A stretch of DNA of 64,000 bases. It comes from an uncultured Gammaproteobacteria bacterium (GTDB taxonomy: Bacteria; Patescibacteriota; Patescibacteriia; Buchananbacterales; UBA6539). The stretch covers positions 9,540 through 73,539 of the forward strand of contig CAZINP010000001.1 in NCBI GenBank assembly GCA_964540635.1. Reading direction: 5' to 3'. A program made the translations under genes and the position numbers. A model generated the notes under the pieces. That model was not told the DNA's origin. It ran no database searches and saw nothing but the letters and a program-made list of their open reading frames with translations. Shown here piece by piece: positions 53,473-64,000 of the stretch (the stretch's first letter is position 1; each line of letters opens with the position of its first letter).

Positions 53473-54222
53473 TTAATCAATTAAATTCGTAATTAACACA
53501 AGCTGTTCTTCATTATTAATCCCTACTGCTTCACGCGGTTCGATAGGAACTGTATTTATTTTTAAACCTTGCCCGCAGGCCATCTTGGCCAAGTCCGTTA
53601 GGTAGTATTCTTGTTGATTGTTATCGTTCTTCAACCGATGTAGATTTTGCCAAAGCCATTCTGCCTTAAAGCAGAAGTAGCTAGGATTAACTTCTTTAAT
53701 CTGTAATTGATTTCCGTTAGCATCTTTTTTTTCAACAATCGAACAAACTGTATTATCACTGTTTCTAAGAACTCTGCCAAAATCATAAAATCCGGCTTCC
53801 CAGCCTTTATACTCATCAACCTTAACCGTGCCCATAGTTAATTCACAATCACTTTCCAGGTGACTGAGGGCTAAATTTTTGATCGTATTGGGTTTTAACA
53901 ACGGCATATCACCATACAAAACCAAAATATTTTCCGCTTGGTCTTTTAAAAATTTCTCGGCACACGCTACCGCATGGCCGGTTCCCAATTGTTCGGCCTG
54001 AAAAACATAATCATATTTATCACCCAGTGATTCTTTAACCAATTCAGCTTTTTTGCCAACAACAATCGTTGGGCGGGGATCAACTCCGGATTTTTCAATT
54101 GCCTCCAACAAATACTCAATTAAAGGCTTGCCCTTAAGCTTAACTAAAACTTTAGGCAGGTCGGGATTATTCATACGCTTGCCCAAGCCACCGGCTAAAA
54201 TTAATATTTTTACTTTTTCCAT
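53473..54222 (-). CDS. GlmU N-terminal (uridyltransferase) domain only
   Basis: LAGGLGKRM, PKVL, Q.EQLGTGHAV, LYGDMPL, EVN, N.QQEYYLTD, GIN. Confidence 0.88.
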   Translation of the reverse strand: MEKVKILILAGGLGKRMNNPDLPKVLVKLKGKPLIEYLLEAIEKSGVDPRPTIVVGKKAELVKESLGDKYDYVFQAEQLGTGHAVACAEKFLKDQAENILVLYGDMPLLKPNTIKNLALSHLESDCELTMGTVKVDEYKGWEAGFYDFGRVLRNSDNTVCSIVEKKDANGNQLQIKEVNPSYFCFKAEWLWQNLHRLKNDNNQQEYYLTDLAKMACGQGLKINTVPIEPREAVGINNEEQLVLITNLID

Positions 54223-54226
54223 ATAA

Positions 54227-55426
54227 TTAAATTTTAAACTCCAATCGACCAGAGAAAATATTTTGTGCACTTCTCTCTGATTTAGTTATTTCAAAAATTT
54301 TAGTCAAAATATTTATATCTTCCGTTGTTTGTTCCCGATTGCGACGGGCAAACATGGCCTGCTGAGCCTTGATTGCCACCGGCAAAGCCAGTTCAATTAC
54401 GCACCCCAAATGAGCCGCATAGTTTGTAAACGAAACAATATCTTTGGTAATTGTGCCGTAAACAAAACTGCTAACCCCAATGATTCGGCCGGTAAAAATT
54501 GAAGTGTTGATTGCCGTGTGACTAAAATCACCAATAATGGTCCCCAAAAATTGTTGTCCGGTTTCCGTGCCACCCACCTTGACTGTACTGTAAGTATTTT
54601 TTAAATCGGAATTTGAAGTACCGGCAGCAATGTTTATCCACTCACCTAAATAACTATGTCCTAAAAAACCATAATGCTGTTTATTGGAATAACCTTGAAT
54701 AATTGTCGCCTCAACCTCACCGCCAATTTTGCAAACCGGACCAAAACAGCAGTTATCTTTAATGGAAGCAAATTCTTTAATCAAACAATTTTTCCCGATA
54801 TACAATGGCCCAAATAAACACGAGAATGGCAAAATTTTAGAACCCTCATCAATTATAATTATTCCTTTTTTTGTTTCAAAAACAACGTTATCAGATAATT
54901 CGACATTTTCACCGACAAATACACCAGGTTTTATTTTTTTATAATTTTTTTTAAGATAATCCAAATTCTGAGCAAGAATTTTTTGATTAAAAATAACCGT
55001 TTCCCAAGAATATTCAAATGTAGGCCAATCGATTTCAATGGGTTCGTTTGCGACACTGCTTTTTAAATGACCCTCAATGTCTTCAACTCGTTTTTTTGAC
55101 AAAAAACCTATCGCTTTTTTGGAGTTAAATATCGTCGCCGATTCCTTTCCCTTTAATAACTCAAATAATTCTTTGGCCAAAAAGAAGCTTGGAATTAAGG
55201 AAGCGTCTAAGTATAAATAAAAATCGGAATCAGAAAAGTCAGAAATATAATCTGCTCTTACAATCTCACTTATTTCTTCGCGAACCTTGAAATCAATTTT
55301 ATTATTGAAAATGTCACAAATTACCCGACGTAAGGTTGTTGCCCCACAAAAAATATCAAAAGCTGGACGAGTATAAGTTATTGGCAATAAACCCTTGATA
55401 TCAGTTTCATATAAAATTATTTTCAT
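54227..55426 (-). CDS. GlmU-related protein: degenerate nucleotidyltransferase N-terminus + left-handed beta-helix
   Basis: L.P.TYTRP, GP..KIGGEVE, SNKQH.GFLGHSYLGEW.N..AGT.NSDLKNTY. Confidence 0.82.
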   Translation of the reverse strand: MKIILYETDIKGLLPITYTRPAFDIFCGATTLRRVICDIFNNKIDFKVREEISEIVRADYISDFSDSDFYLYLDASLIPSFFLAKELFELLKGKESATIFNSKKAIGFLSKKRVEDIEGHLKSSVANEPIEIDWPTFEYSWETVIFNQKILAQNLDYLKKNYKKIKPGVFVGENVELSDNVVFETKKGIIIIDEGSKILPFSCLFGPLYIGKNCLIKEFASIKDNCCFGPVCKIGGEVEATIIQGYSNKQHYGFLGHSYLGEWINIAAGTSNSDLKNTYSTVKVGGTETGQQFLGTIIGDFSHTAINTSIFTGRIIGVSSFVYGTITKDIVSFTNYAAHLGCVIELALPVAIKAQQAMFARRNREQTTEDINILTKIFEITKSERSAQNIFSGRLEFKI

Positions 55427-55431
55427 ATCAA

Positions 55432-55791
55432 CTATAATTTCCTCTGAATAAAACTAATTATATGATCAAGCATTTTATCGCCTGCAGTAATTTGGTCCGT
55501 GGTTGTCTTGCCGTGAAGCTTACTGGCGGTTTCGGTATAAAAATAATCAAAATCTTTTTTTAAATCCTCGGGCAAATTACCTGAAAGCAAATAGTCCAAT
55601 TCTTCATAGACCCAAATTATTTGCTGAAACCAAGAGGATCTGACTTTCCAGTTATGATTTTCGTCTACTGAATGTTTAATTTCATCAGGAATCTCATTAC
55701 TCCAATCATTTTTTAAGGAATTTGAACTCAATAAAAGCTCATTTAACTTGCTTTGAATTTCGGGGTTAAATTTATTTTCTGATTCGCCCAT
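55432..55791 (-). CDS. Hypothetical protein
   Basis: 119 aa ORF closely packed in operon. Confidence 0.65.
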   Translation of the reverse strand: MGESENKFNPEIQSKLNELLLSSNSLKNDWSNEIPDEIKHSVDENHNWKVRSSWFQQIIWVYEELDYLLSGNLPEDLKKDFDYFYTETASKLHGKTTTDQITAGDKMLDHIISFIQRKL

Positions 55792-55793
55792 AA

Positions 55794-56537
55794 TTATTTA
55801 GCAATTTTATCCCAAACAAACTCAAAGATCATCTTCTGAGTTTGATATAAATTAGTATCTTTGATAATCACCCCGATTGGATTTTTATTTTCGTCCAAAG
55901 AAATCATGGCAACCTTGCCGGCATAAATTAATGTATATGTTGGTGCGCTCTCTTTTTCCGTCAACCACTTTCGCTCATCCAAACCCTGAGTCTGCCCACC
56001 GGGTCCGATTGAAATCACCTTAACACTCACACCGGCCTTAATGCGATCATTGGAAAAATCAGGATAAGCTTCATAAAGACAATTTTTAATGGCCGAAGAA
56101 GAAAACACATAATAGTTTTTTTCAGTACTCACTAAACAGGAAGAAATAACATCTTGCAAAATAATTTTTAATCCTAAATTGCCGTCGTAAAGCTTCATGA
56201 CCGGTTTAGAGCCAGACTGCTCAAAAATTGATTTTAGCTGAGGGATAATATCGGCGACTTCATTTTTGACTTCTAATAATTCTTTTTGTCTTTTCTCTAA
56301 AGCGTCATTTAAACGAGACGGGTCTTCGGCACTAAAATATTGATGTTTGTCTTGATGGTAGTAACTAACCAAACCCAATTCAATCAGAGATTTTAGGATA
56401 TCATAAGCTGTGCCACGATTTATCTCGGCACTAAAAGCAATTTTTCTAACCGGGGATGGCCCGAGCTTAAGACAGGACAAATAAACTCTGATTTCTTTTT
56501 CGCTCAAACCAAGTTTTTTGAGAGTATTCTCTATCAT
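55794..56537 (-). CDS. TrmB family transcriptional regulator
   Basis: LGLSEKE..VYL..L..G, INRGT.YDIL..L...GLV; TTGACA-16-TATAAT upstream. Confidence 0.88.
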   Translation of the reverse strand: MIENTLKKLGLSEKEIRVYLSCLKLGPSPVRKIAFSAEINRGTAYDILKSLIELGLVSYYHQDKHQYFSAEDPSRLNDALEKRQKELLEVKNEVADIIPQLKSIFEQSGSKPVMKLYDGNLGLKIILQDVISSCLVSTEKNYYVFSSSAIKNCLYEAYPDFSNDRIKAGVSVKVISIGPGGQTQGLDERKWLTEKESAPTYTLIYAGKVAMISLDENKNPIGVIIKDTNLYQTQKMIFEFVWDKIAK

Positions 56538-56664
56538 ATATTAATAAATATTGATAATCATATTATACTCTTTGCCAAAAACTTGTCAATTTTTTTTCTA
56601 CATTTTTTACAGAATAAATAAAAAATAGCTCAATTTAGCTATTTTATTATAAATAATTTGTCAA

Positions 56665-57240
56665 TTAATACTTTATAAGCTTATTTAAAAATTCTATTGA
56701 TTTAAAATCAAAATCTTTTTTTCTTAATATATCTTTAGCCGATTCTGACATTCGCTGATACATATAATTTACCTTGTTTACTGTTTTTTCCAATCCCTTA
56801 TCTTTATAGTATTCAATAATATTTTTATCAAAAAATGAGAGGCTGTCAGCATTTTTTAAAATTTCAGCCAACTCGTTTCCACCAACCTCATGAACTTTGA
56901 TTAATGATTTAACTTCTTCAATATGATCATTCAAACCAAGCTCGGCTAACAATTCTGAAGCAATATTTGCCGAATAATTCTGATGATTTGATTTATATTC
57001 CTGATAGGTTTCACTTAAACCTTTACGTGCTCTTCTTTGATCAAAAAACCTGTCGACATCGTGCATTAAAGCGGCCAATTGCAAGGACAATGGAGAATCT
57101 GACTTTAAGACAAAAAGCCACTCCAAAATATTGAGCGAGTGATTGATTTCATGTCTTAACCTTGAAACGCCAAGGTCTGATTTTTTTATCATCAAAGCCA
57201 GAGCTTCTTTGAGATAATCATTTAATAATAATCTATTCAT
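56665..57240 (-). CDS. HD-domain protein (DUF4202-like)
   Basis: H, AALMHDVDR, H...SA, HE, ADSLSFF, RMS. Confidence 0.78.
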   Translation of the reverse strand: MNRLLLNDYLKEALALMIKKSDLGVSRLRHEINHSLNILEWLFVLKSDSPLSLQLAALMHDVDRFFDQRRARKGLSETYQEYKSNHQNYSANIASELLAELGLNDHIEEVKSLIKVHEVGGNELAEILKNADSLSFFDKNIIEYYKDKGLEKTVNKVNYMYQRMSESAKDILRKKDFDFKSIEFLNKLIKY

Positions 57241-57283
57241 ATTCTTATATTAACACATTTTTAGATTAAAAAAAGGGCTCGGC

Positions 57284-58081
57284 CTAAACCAAGCCCCGGT
57301 AGGTTTTCAACCAATCGATAATTCCTTCGCAGAAATAATCAATTGACAATGGATGGAAAAACGCGTTGGGGCAGATGTTCAGATCAATGACCTGATCGCC
57401 GATAAACTCAACGCACATAAACTCACAGCCAAATTCACGTACAAGCAAATCAACTGTTCTCTGATGAGAAGCCAAAGTGTCAGGTACAAGTTTTTTGGGC
57501 TGTCTCAAGGACGGTTCCACGCAAAAAGCGTCAGATTTTAAAGCCGTAAAAACATGGCCAAAAACCCAATAGACTGTTCGCGTCACTTGTTCAGGGTTGG
57601 CTAAAACTTCCTGATAAAACCCCAACTCATCAAATGAGTGAATCCGCTTCGGGTCAACAATGTTGACTAAGTGGCCGTTGTTGGCCTTTTGAACGACCTG
57701 AGGCCCAAGCTCGCTAGGGATACTCCCCGGGTATCCAAAATACCAACGGGGCTGTTTGACCTGAAGTTGATCAAGGAAAGAACAAACCCCGACTCGATCA
57801 AGCAGCCTCTCGGTCAAAACCGGCGAGTTCATCACTTTAATCCCGGCATACTCCAAGGCCAGCATCGGGCTGTCCCACTCGTTGGGCTTACCAACGTGAA
57901 AATACAGCGCCAAGTCGGGCCGTTCGTATTTTCCCCAGCTTGAAATTCTCAAGCACTGAGCAAATTCCTTGGCACTCTGAGGCCGAATTACTTGCACCCC
58001 TCTTTCAATCAGGGCTTGAGCAATTTTTTCTATTTCCCCGCGAACATCGCTGGGCAGGTCAACAATCAAGACTTTGCACAT
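57284..58081 (-). CDS. Divergent ATP-grasp (RimK/ITPK-like) protein
   Basis: G..VMNSP......DR, V.QP, VVQK, YQE, VIDLN..P; GGAGG RBS. Confidence 0.62.
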   Translation of the reverse strand: MCKVLIVDLPSDVRGEIEKIAQALIERGVQVIRPQSAKEFAQCLRISSWGKYERPDLALYFHVGKPNEWDSPMLALEYAGIKVMNSPVLTERLLDRVGVCSFLDQLQVKQPRWYFGYPGSIPSELGPQVVQKANNGHLVNIVDPKRIHSFDELGFYQEVLANPEQVTRTVYWVFGHVFTALKSDAFCVEPSLRQPKKLVPDTLASHQRTVDLLVREFGCEFMCVEFIGDQVIDLNICPNAFFHPLSIDYFCEGIIDWLKTYRGLV

Positions 58082-58260
58082 ATGAAGTCCTCCATGTACT
58101 GGTTGAAAATTTTGGGTTTGAAAGACCAATTTTCAATTCAAATATTTAAATTGAAAATTCATCTTTTAAAAAAAATAAAAATTGAGTATAATACAAAAGG
58201 CACTAAATTTCCTACCAGATATTTTTTGCCTTGCCTCCCCCTGACCGGGGAGGTTTTATT

Positions 58261-59094
58261 TTATCGCCAATGCTTTATTGCTTTTTCGTAGCTTTCCGGA
58301 TTACCAACATCAAACCACTGTCCGGCAAACAAATAGCCATACAATTTGTTTTGTTCAACCAGGATGGGCAACACCTCTCTTTCAAAACGCTTCATTGTTG
58401 GTTTTAAATAATCAAAAATTTTAGGATCAAATATATAAACTCCGGCATTAATGACATTTGACAAATCTTTTCTTTGATCGGGTTTTTCCAAATATGAATA
58501 AACTCGACTGCCTTGAAGCCTGACCACGCCCCAATCAGCCGAGCGAGAAACCGAGGTTAAGGCCATGGTCACAAGACCGTTATTGCTCAAATGAAAATCA
58601 GACATATCATCCAAATCAATACTGGCCAAGACATCGCCATAGTAAACAAAAAATGGTTTTTGACCGATTATTTTTTTTGCCTGAAGTATGGGTTGGGCCG
58701 TACCGTTCTGAAATTTTCCTTGTTCAATATATTGAATCTTTACACCAAATTTTGAGCCATCACCAAAATACTGTTTTATTTTTTGCCCTTGGTGACCAAT
58801 TGAAATTATCAAATCACGAACATCAAAGCGCCTTAAATTTTCAATTGTATATTCAAGGACTGCCCGATTATTTACCGGGATCATGCCTTTGGGCATTTCG
58901 TAAGTAAAAGGCCGCATCTTTGCGCCTTGACCACCGGCCAAAATTAAAGCCTGCTTGATTTTAGGCGAAAAATTTTTCGCCAAGACATACTCAATTGCAT
59001 GTGACCTGTTTCTGATACGAGACCCGTCAATATATTCATCAAGTTTTTTTATAATGTCTTTTTTGAGAGTGATTGTCAGGCGTGATCGATCCAT
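58261..59094 (-). CDS. Ribbon-helix-helix domain fused to a sugar-phosphate nucleotidyltransferase domain
   Basis: RLTITL...I...LD....G.RIRNRSHAIE; LAGGQG.KMRPFT..MPK, YGDVL, INAGVY, WFDVG. Confidence 0.85.
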   Translation of the reverse strand: MDRSRLTITLKKDIIKKLDEYIDGSRIRNRSHAIEYVLAKNFSPKIKQALILAGGQGAKMRPFTYEMPKGMIPVNNRAVLEYTIENLRRFDVRDLIISIGHQGQKIKQYFGDGSKFGVKIQYIEQGKFQNGTAQPILQAKKIIGQKPFFVYYGDVLASIDLDDMSDFHLSNNGLVTMALTSVSRSADWGVVRLQGSRVYSYLEKPDQRKDLSNVINAGVYIFDPKIFDYLKPTMKRFEREVLPILVEQNKLYGYLFAGQWFDVGNPESYEKAIKHWR

Positions 59095-59164
59095 ATATTT
59101 AACTTTATAATCTTAGCCCTAAAAAAATAATCTTGGGGATATTTTAATAGATAGTTCCGACATT

Positions 59165-59196
59165 ATCATACTACATCATACAAATTTTAATGTCAA
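59165..59196 (-). promoter_or_regulatory. Promoter with direct repeat GTATGAT x2 over the -10 region
   Basis: Minus strand TTGACA-17-TAGTAT; gtatgat-gta-gtatgat at 59165-59181. Confidence 0.55.
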
Positions 59197-59238
59197 TAAT
59201 AAAAAACAGCCCTAATTTCTAAGCTGTTTTCCATTATC

Positions 59239-59970
59239 TTAAAGCAAAGAAGCGGCTTGCTTGTCGGCAATAACCGTGGCATCAAAATGATTCACCAAAA
59301 TTGAAGCCGGTAAATTTGGGGTCGGCCTAGACTCAAAAAGCTTTTTGATTGCCTTTGCTTTGTCCTTGCCACTTGCTAATAAAACAATCTTTTTGGCGCA
59401 AAAAATTGTCGCTAAACCCATAGAAATTGCTTCTTTGGGAACTTCATTTTTATTCTTAAAAAAACGTGAATTTGCCTTTATGGTCTCCGGAGTTAATTTA
59501 ACTAAACGAGTTTTTGAATTTAATGGGGAACCGGGTTCATTAAAACCAATATGCCCGTTATCGCCTATTCCTAAAATCTGCAAATCTATGCCGCCGGCTT
59601 TTAGAATTAAACTATCATATTCTCGACAAGATTTATCAATATCTTTTTTGGGGATTAAACCACCGGGGACGTGTGTATTTTTTAAATCAATATCTAGTTG
59701 TGAAAATAAATTTTTATCCATGAAATATCTATAGCTTTGAGGGTCGTTGGGTGATAGGCCATAATATTCGTCCAAATTAAAAGATTTAACCTTTTTAAAA
59801 CTGATTTTCTTTTCTTTATTTAATTTGATTAAATATTGATATAATCCCAATGGTGTTGAGCCGGTCGCCAGGCCCAAAACCGAATCCGGCTTTTCTTCAA
59901 TTTGCTTAACCACAAAGTCAGCGCCCAAAACCGAAAGTTCACTATAATCTTTAACAATTATAAGTTCCAT
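59239..59970 (-). CDS. nagB: Glucosamine-6-phosphate deaminase
   Basis: GLATGSTP, FNLDEY, LGIG.NGHIGFNEP, NSRFF. Confidence 0.96.
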   Translation of the reverse strand: MELIIVKDYSELSVLGADFVVKQIEEKPDSVLGLATGSTPLGLYQYLIKLNKEKKISFKKVKSFNLDEYYGLSPNDPQSYRYFMDKNLFSQLDIDLKNTHVPGGLIPKKDIDKSCREYDSLILKAGGIDLQILGIGDNGHIGFNEPGSPLNSKTRLVKLTPETIKANSRFFKNKNEVPKEAISMGLATIFCAKKIVLLASGKDKAKAIKKLFESRPTPNLPASILVNHFDATVIADKQAASLL

Positions 59971-60049
59971 AAATTATTAATATTTCAATTATTCATTAAA
60001 ATAAGACCCGACGATGTCGGATCAAAGTTTTATCAAGCCTAGCCTTATT

Positions 60050-60700
60050 TTAAAGCAATTGCTTGAGAATGTCCACGGTTTCATTCCTCCCCCCAGAAAC
60101 AACCACTGCACCCATATAACCGGCATTAAGCGCCGGCTGACAATCAGTATGAAAACGATTGCCAATGCTGATGCAGTCTCGCGATCGGGTTTTGGCCAAG
60201 TAAGAGGCGGCCAAGAAAAAATTCGGATCAGGTTTATAGAAATTAACCATGTCTGTTGCCATAAAACGGCAACCAATTTCTTCGGGAATAATTCCCAAAA
60301 GGCCCAAAATCTTTCGGCCGAGCTTTTCCGGAGAATTCGTGGCAAAAACCAACGAAAATGACCTTGCGGCCAACAAAATAACATCAACCAACTCTTGATC
60401 CCGCACCAGAAAAAGCTCCGGGCACAAACGGTTGCGCAGACCATTCCACTCCCGGGCATTAATCCCCAGGGAAATAACCGTTTCGGTCAAAGCAAACTTT
60501 CGGCCGTAACGAAGCTTAAGCGCTTCTTTTCTTTTCTTGACAACCACGGCCGCTTCCTCCGAAGTTAAGTCAAGCAACTCGGCAATACCGCTAAACTTCA
60601 TTTCTTTCCAATGCGCGGTATATTCCGGGCAATTATAGCAAGTGTCATCGACATCAATGACAATGGTACTTGCGTTTTCCAAAGAGCCGATAATCTCCAT
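60050..60700 (-). CDS. HAD family hydrolase
   Basis: DVDDT, ATNS, KPDP, IGNR...D; AGGAG RBS. Confidence 0.82.
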   Translation of the reverse strand: MEIIGSLENASTIVIDVDDTCYNCPEYTAHWKEMKFSGIAELLDLTSEEAAVVVKKRKEALKLRYGRKFALTETVISLGINAREWNGLRNRLCPELFLVRDQELVDVILLAARSFSLVFATNSPEKLGRKILGLLGIIPEEIGCRFMATDMVNFYKPDPNFFLAASYLAKTRSRDCISIGNRFHTDCQPALNAGYMGAVVVSGGRNETVDILKQLL

Positions 60701-60790
60701 CTGATTACTCCTGTCAGGTTGGGTTTCAAAAATAAATTATAGCAAAATATCTTTAAAAATCAAAATAAAAAACCGAACGCGGGGTCGGGG

Positions 60791-61207
60791 TTATTTCAAA
60801 AGAGCATCAACGATTTTTTGGAATTCCGAAATCGGATGTTCGCTATCAAGACCAATAATCGTGACGCCAAGCTTTTCCAGTTCGGCCAAAAGGTCGGGAT
60901 TTTTTGTCACCGAAAGCGAAATCAGATGTGCGCTTTTGGGTGTTAAAAACTCACCTTGCCTGAGCCGACGAATAAGCCTGAGTCCGGGGGCGCGCCTTTC
61001 GAGGCTGTCAAAAGTCAAGATTTCAGCGCCCACGTTCATACTGCACAAAGGGTCAATCACAAATAAGTCATAGGCTTTTGTTTGCAATGACCGCAAGGCA
61101 TCGGCGTAATACCGGGTTTCCGAAACCGGATAACCTGCTTCTTTGAGCCGGTCAATGTGAAAATGACTGCCGTAGTCAGTGTAGGATAAAATTTCCTTAG
61201 CAGACAT
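60791..61207 (-). CDS. Degenerate receiver-domain-like protein
   Basis: YDLFVID, GLRLIRRLR, ISLS; GAGGAG RBS. Confidence 0.6.
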   Translation of the reverse strand: MSAKEILSYTDYGSHFHIDRLKEAGYPVSETRYYADALRSLQTKAYDLFVIDPLCSMNVGAEILTFDSLERRAPGLRLIRRLRQGEFLTPKSAHLISLSVTKNPDLLAELEKLGVTIIGLDSEHPISEFQKIVDALLK

Positions 61208-61255
61208 CGGCGCGACTCCTCAAAAACGACACAATAATACTCACTGGTTTAATCC

Positions 61256-61978
61256 TTATTTATTGACTTCAAGCCAGACTGTCATGGGATTATAATTGGA
61301 ACAATCCCTGGCACCGTGGTCAAAATACCACCGGGCAACTCATTTGTTTCCACAATAATAAGCGCTTTCCAAGCCAGAAACTTGACGATCTTCAAGCTTG
61401 GTGTCAATTTCAAAGCCGGCCTTTACCACCCGTTGAGCGATTTTGTAGTTACCGTTTACAACCGCCTCAAGAACTGCGGTAGCGATTTTACTGTTGCCAC
61501 AAATAACCGACTTGTCTTCAATCGCATCAAGCAAGTATAAAACGATCAAGTCCAATTTCGGGTGATCGGGAACAGAATAGTAGGGACATGAGCCATTGTC
61601 TTCTTCCCTGGGCTCAATTACCTCATGGTTCAAAGCCTGGATTAAAGCATAGATGATATTAGCCCCAGACTTGACCAAGATTTTTACCGCCTCCAAATCA
61701 AGGCTATAAATCGCGCCTTCAATCGGCGTTTTAGAATAACCAAAACTCACGTAATTTACATTGGCGCCAAGCGAAATCAAAATAGAAATCGCTTTGATTT
61801 TTTCCGGTTGCGGCGCTTGATAGCAAACCGAGCTTAAAGCCGAGTTTAGAAACAACTCATCGGCTCGAAGCGAACAACACTTCTTGGCAAACGAAAGCCA
61901 AAAAAGCGCTTTTTTCATGGAGTGCTTGGCAATCGCACTCCTAATCCTAACCTCGATCAGCCTCCTTAGGATTATCAT
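61256..61978 (-). pseudogene. Ankyrin-repeat protein with an in-frame TGA in its last repeat
   Basis: LISLGANVN, TPIEGAI....EAVKILVKSGAN, AVVNGNYKIAQ; TGA 61340-61342 followed in frame by VARWYFDHGA...; start uncertain. Confidence 0.6.
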
Positions 61979-62076
61979 TTTCTTAAGCCTTTTGGTTACG
62001 GCCCTCGTTTCAAAGAACACGCAAGCACGAACAAGCAAGATAAGGTTAACAAATAAGCACAATAAAATCAAGAATG

Positions 62077-62100
62077 AAAAAACCGGCCTTAGCCGGTAAA
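62077..62100 (-). terminator. rRNA operon terminator
   Basis: Minus strand accggc-taag-gccggt-ttttt. Confidence 0.8.
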
Positions 62101-62126
62101 CAAATATTCGTAGATTCAAGTTTATT

Positions 62127-62400
62127 TCTGAATTTGAGAATAAAAAAATTGGATGCAAAGTTCCCGCGATGACCTATCCCGCTAAAGCGGGATTTCGCCC
62201 CGCAGATGCGGGGCTCAACTTTCCCAAAATGTTTTTTATCTGAATTTGAGAATAAAAAAATTGGATGCAAAGTTCCCGCGATGACCTATCCCGCTAAAGC
62301 GGGATTTCGCCCCGCAGATGCGGGGCTCAACTTTCCCAAAATGTTTTTTATCTGAATTTGAGAATAAAAAAATTGGATGCAAAGTTCCCGCGATGACCTA
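62127..62400. repeat. 112-bp tandem repeat (2 full units + 50 bp) containing the 5S rRNA 3' end and a double-hairpin insert
   Basis: Units start at 62127, 62239 and 62351; the third runs into the true 5S gene. Confidence 0.92.
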
Positions 62401-62494
62401 CTTTCCCCCGAAGGAGTATCATCGGCTCTGTGAGGCTTAACTTCTGTGTTCGGGATGGGAACAGGTGTGACCCTCACGATAGAATCACGGGAAC
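62384..62494 (-). rRNA. rrf: 5S rRNA
   Basis: CACACCTGTTCCCATCCCGAACACAGAAGTTAAG...GCCGATGATAC; terminal stem gttcccg/cgggaac; flanking processing stem aattggatgca/tgcatccaatt. Confidence 0.96.
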
Positions 62495-62553
62495 ACTGCA
62501 TCCAATTGATGTAGTGTAATTTTTAGGTAATTGATTTTTTACCCAATTCTTGT

Positions 62554-64000
<1,447 letters not shown>

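Noticed and set aside
62127-62400. CRISPR array
   Set aside because: The intervening segments are identical, the repeat is 5S-derived, and there are no cas genes in the window

Overview
AT-rich bacterial chromosomal segment that most resembles a Patescibacteria (CPR, Parcubacteria-like) genome. This is inferred from the reduced 23S rRNA (helix 78 and 98 regions shortened), many genes without Shine-Dalgarno (SD) sites, and degenerate housekeeping enzymes; genetic code 11 fits. Contents in order: an operon of two HPS/KGPDC-like TIM barrels plus an SPFH protein; a redox/DUF134 cluster; a YhhQ-like membrane domain fused to PAS; a ParB gene split at a C7/CCC-TAA site; LtaS-like, Na+/Ca2+ exchanger and P-type ATPase genes; a complete Na+-type V/A-ATPase operon; gpmI, tyrS and valS; five tRNAs including tRNA-Ile(UAU); an ars-like cluster; an orphan purM; cca-rluD-gmk-rplS; an unannotated histone-H1-like peptide; EndoQ; an amino-sugar/nucleotidyltransferase cluster; and the 3' end of an rRNA operon on the minus strand. 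Strongest leads: the membrane-tethered HPS-pair/SPFH operon; 112-bp tandem copies of the 5S 3' end carrying a 42-nt double-hairpin insert whose second hairpin also occurs in the 23S; a switch-like structured RNA candidate at 33.74-33.90 kb; GC-richer SD-led genes preceded by boxA-like motifs; and the ParB +1 frameshift. All family calls are by-eye motif recognition; no searches were run.
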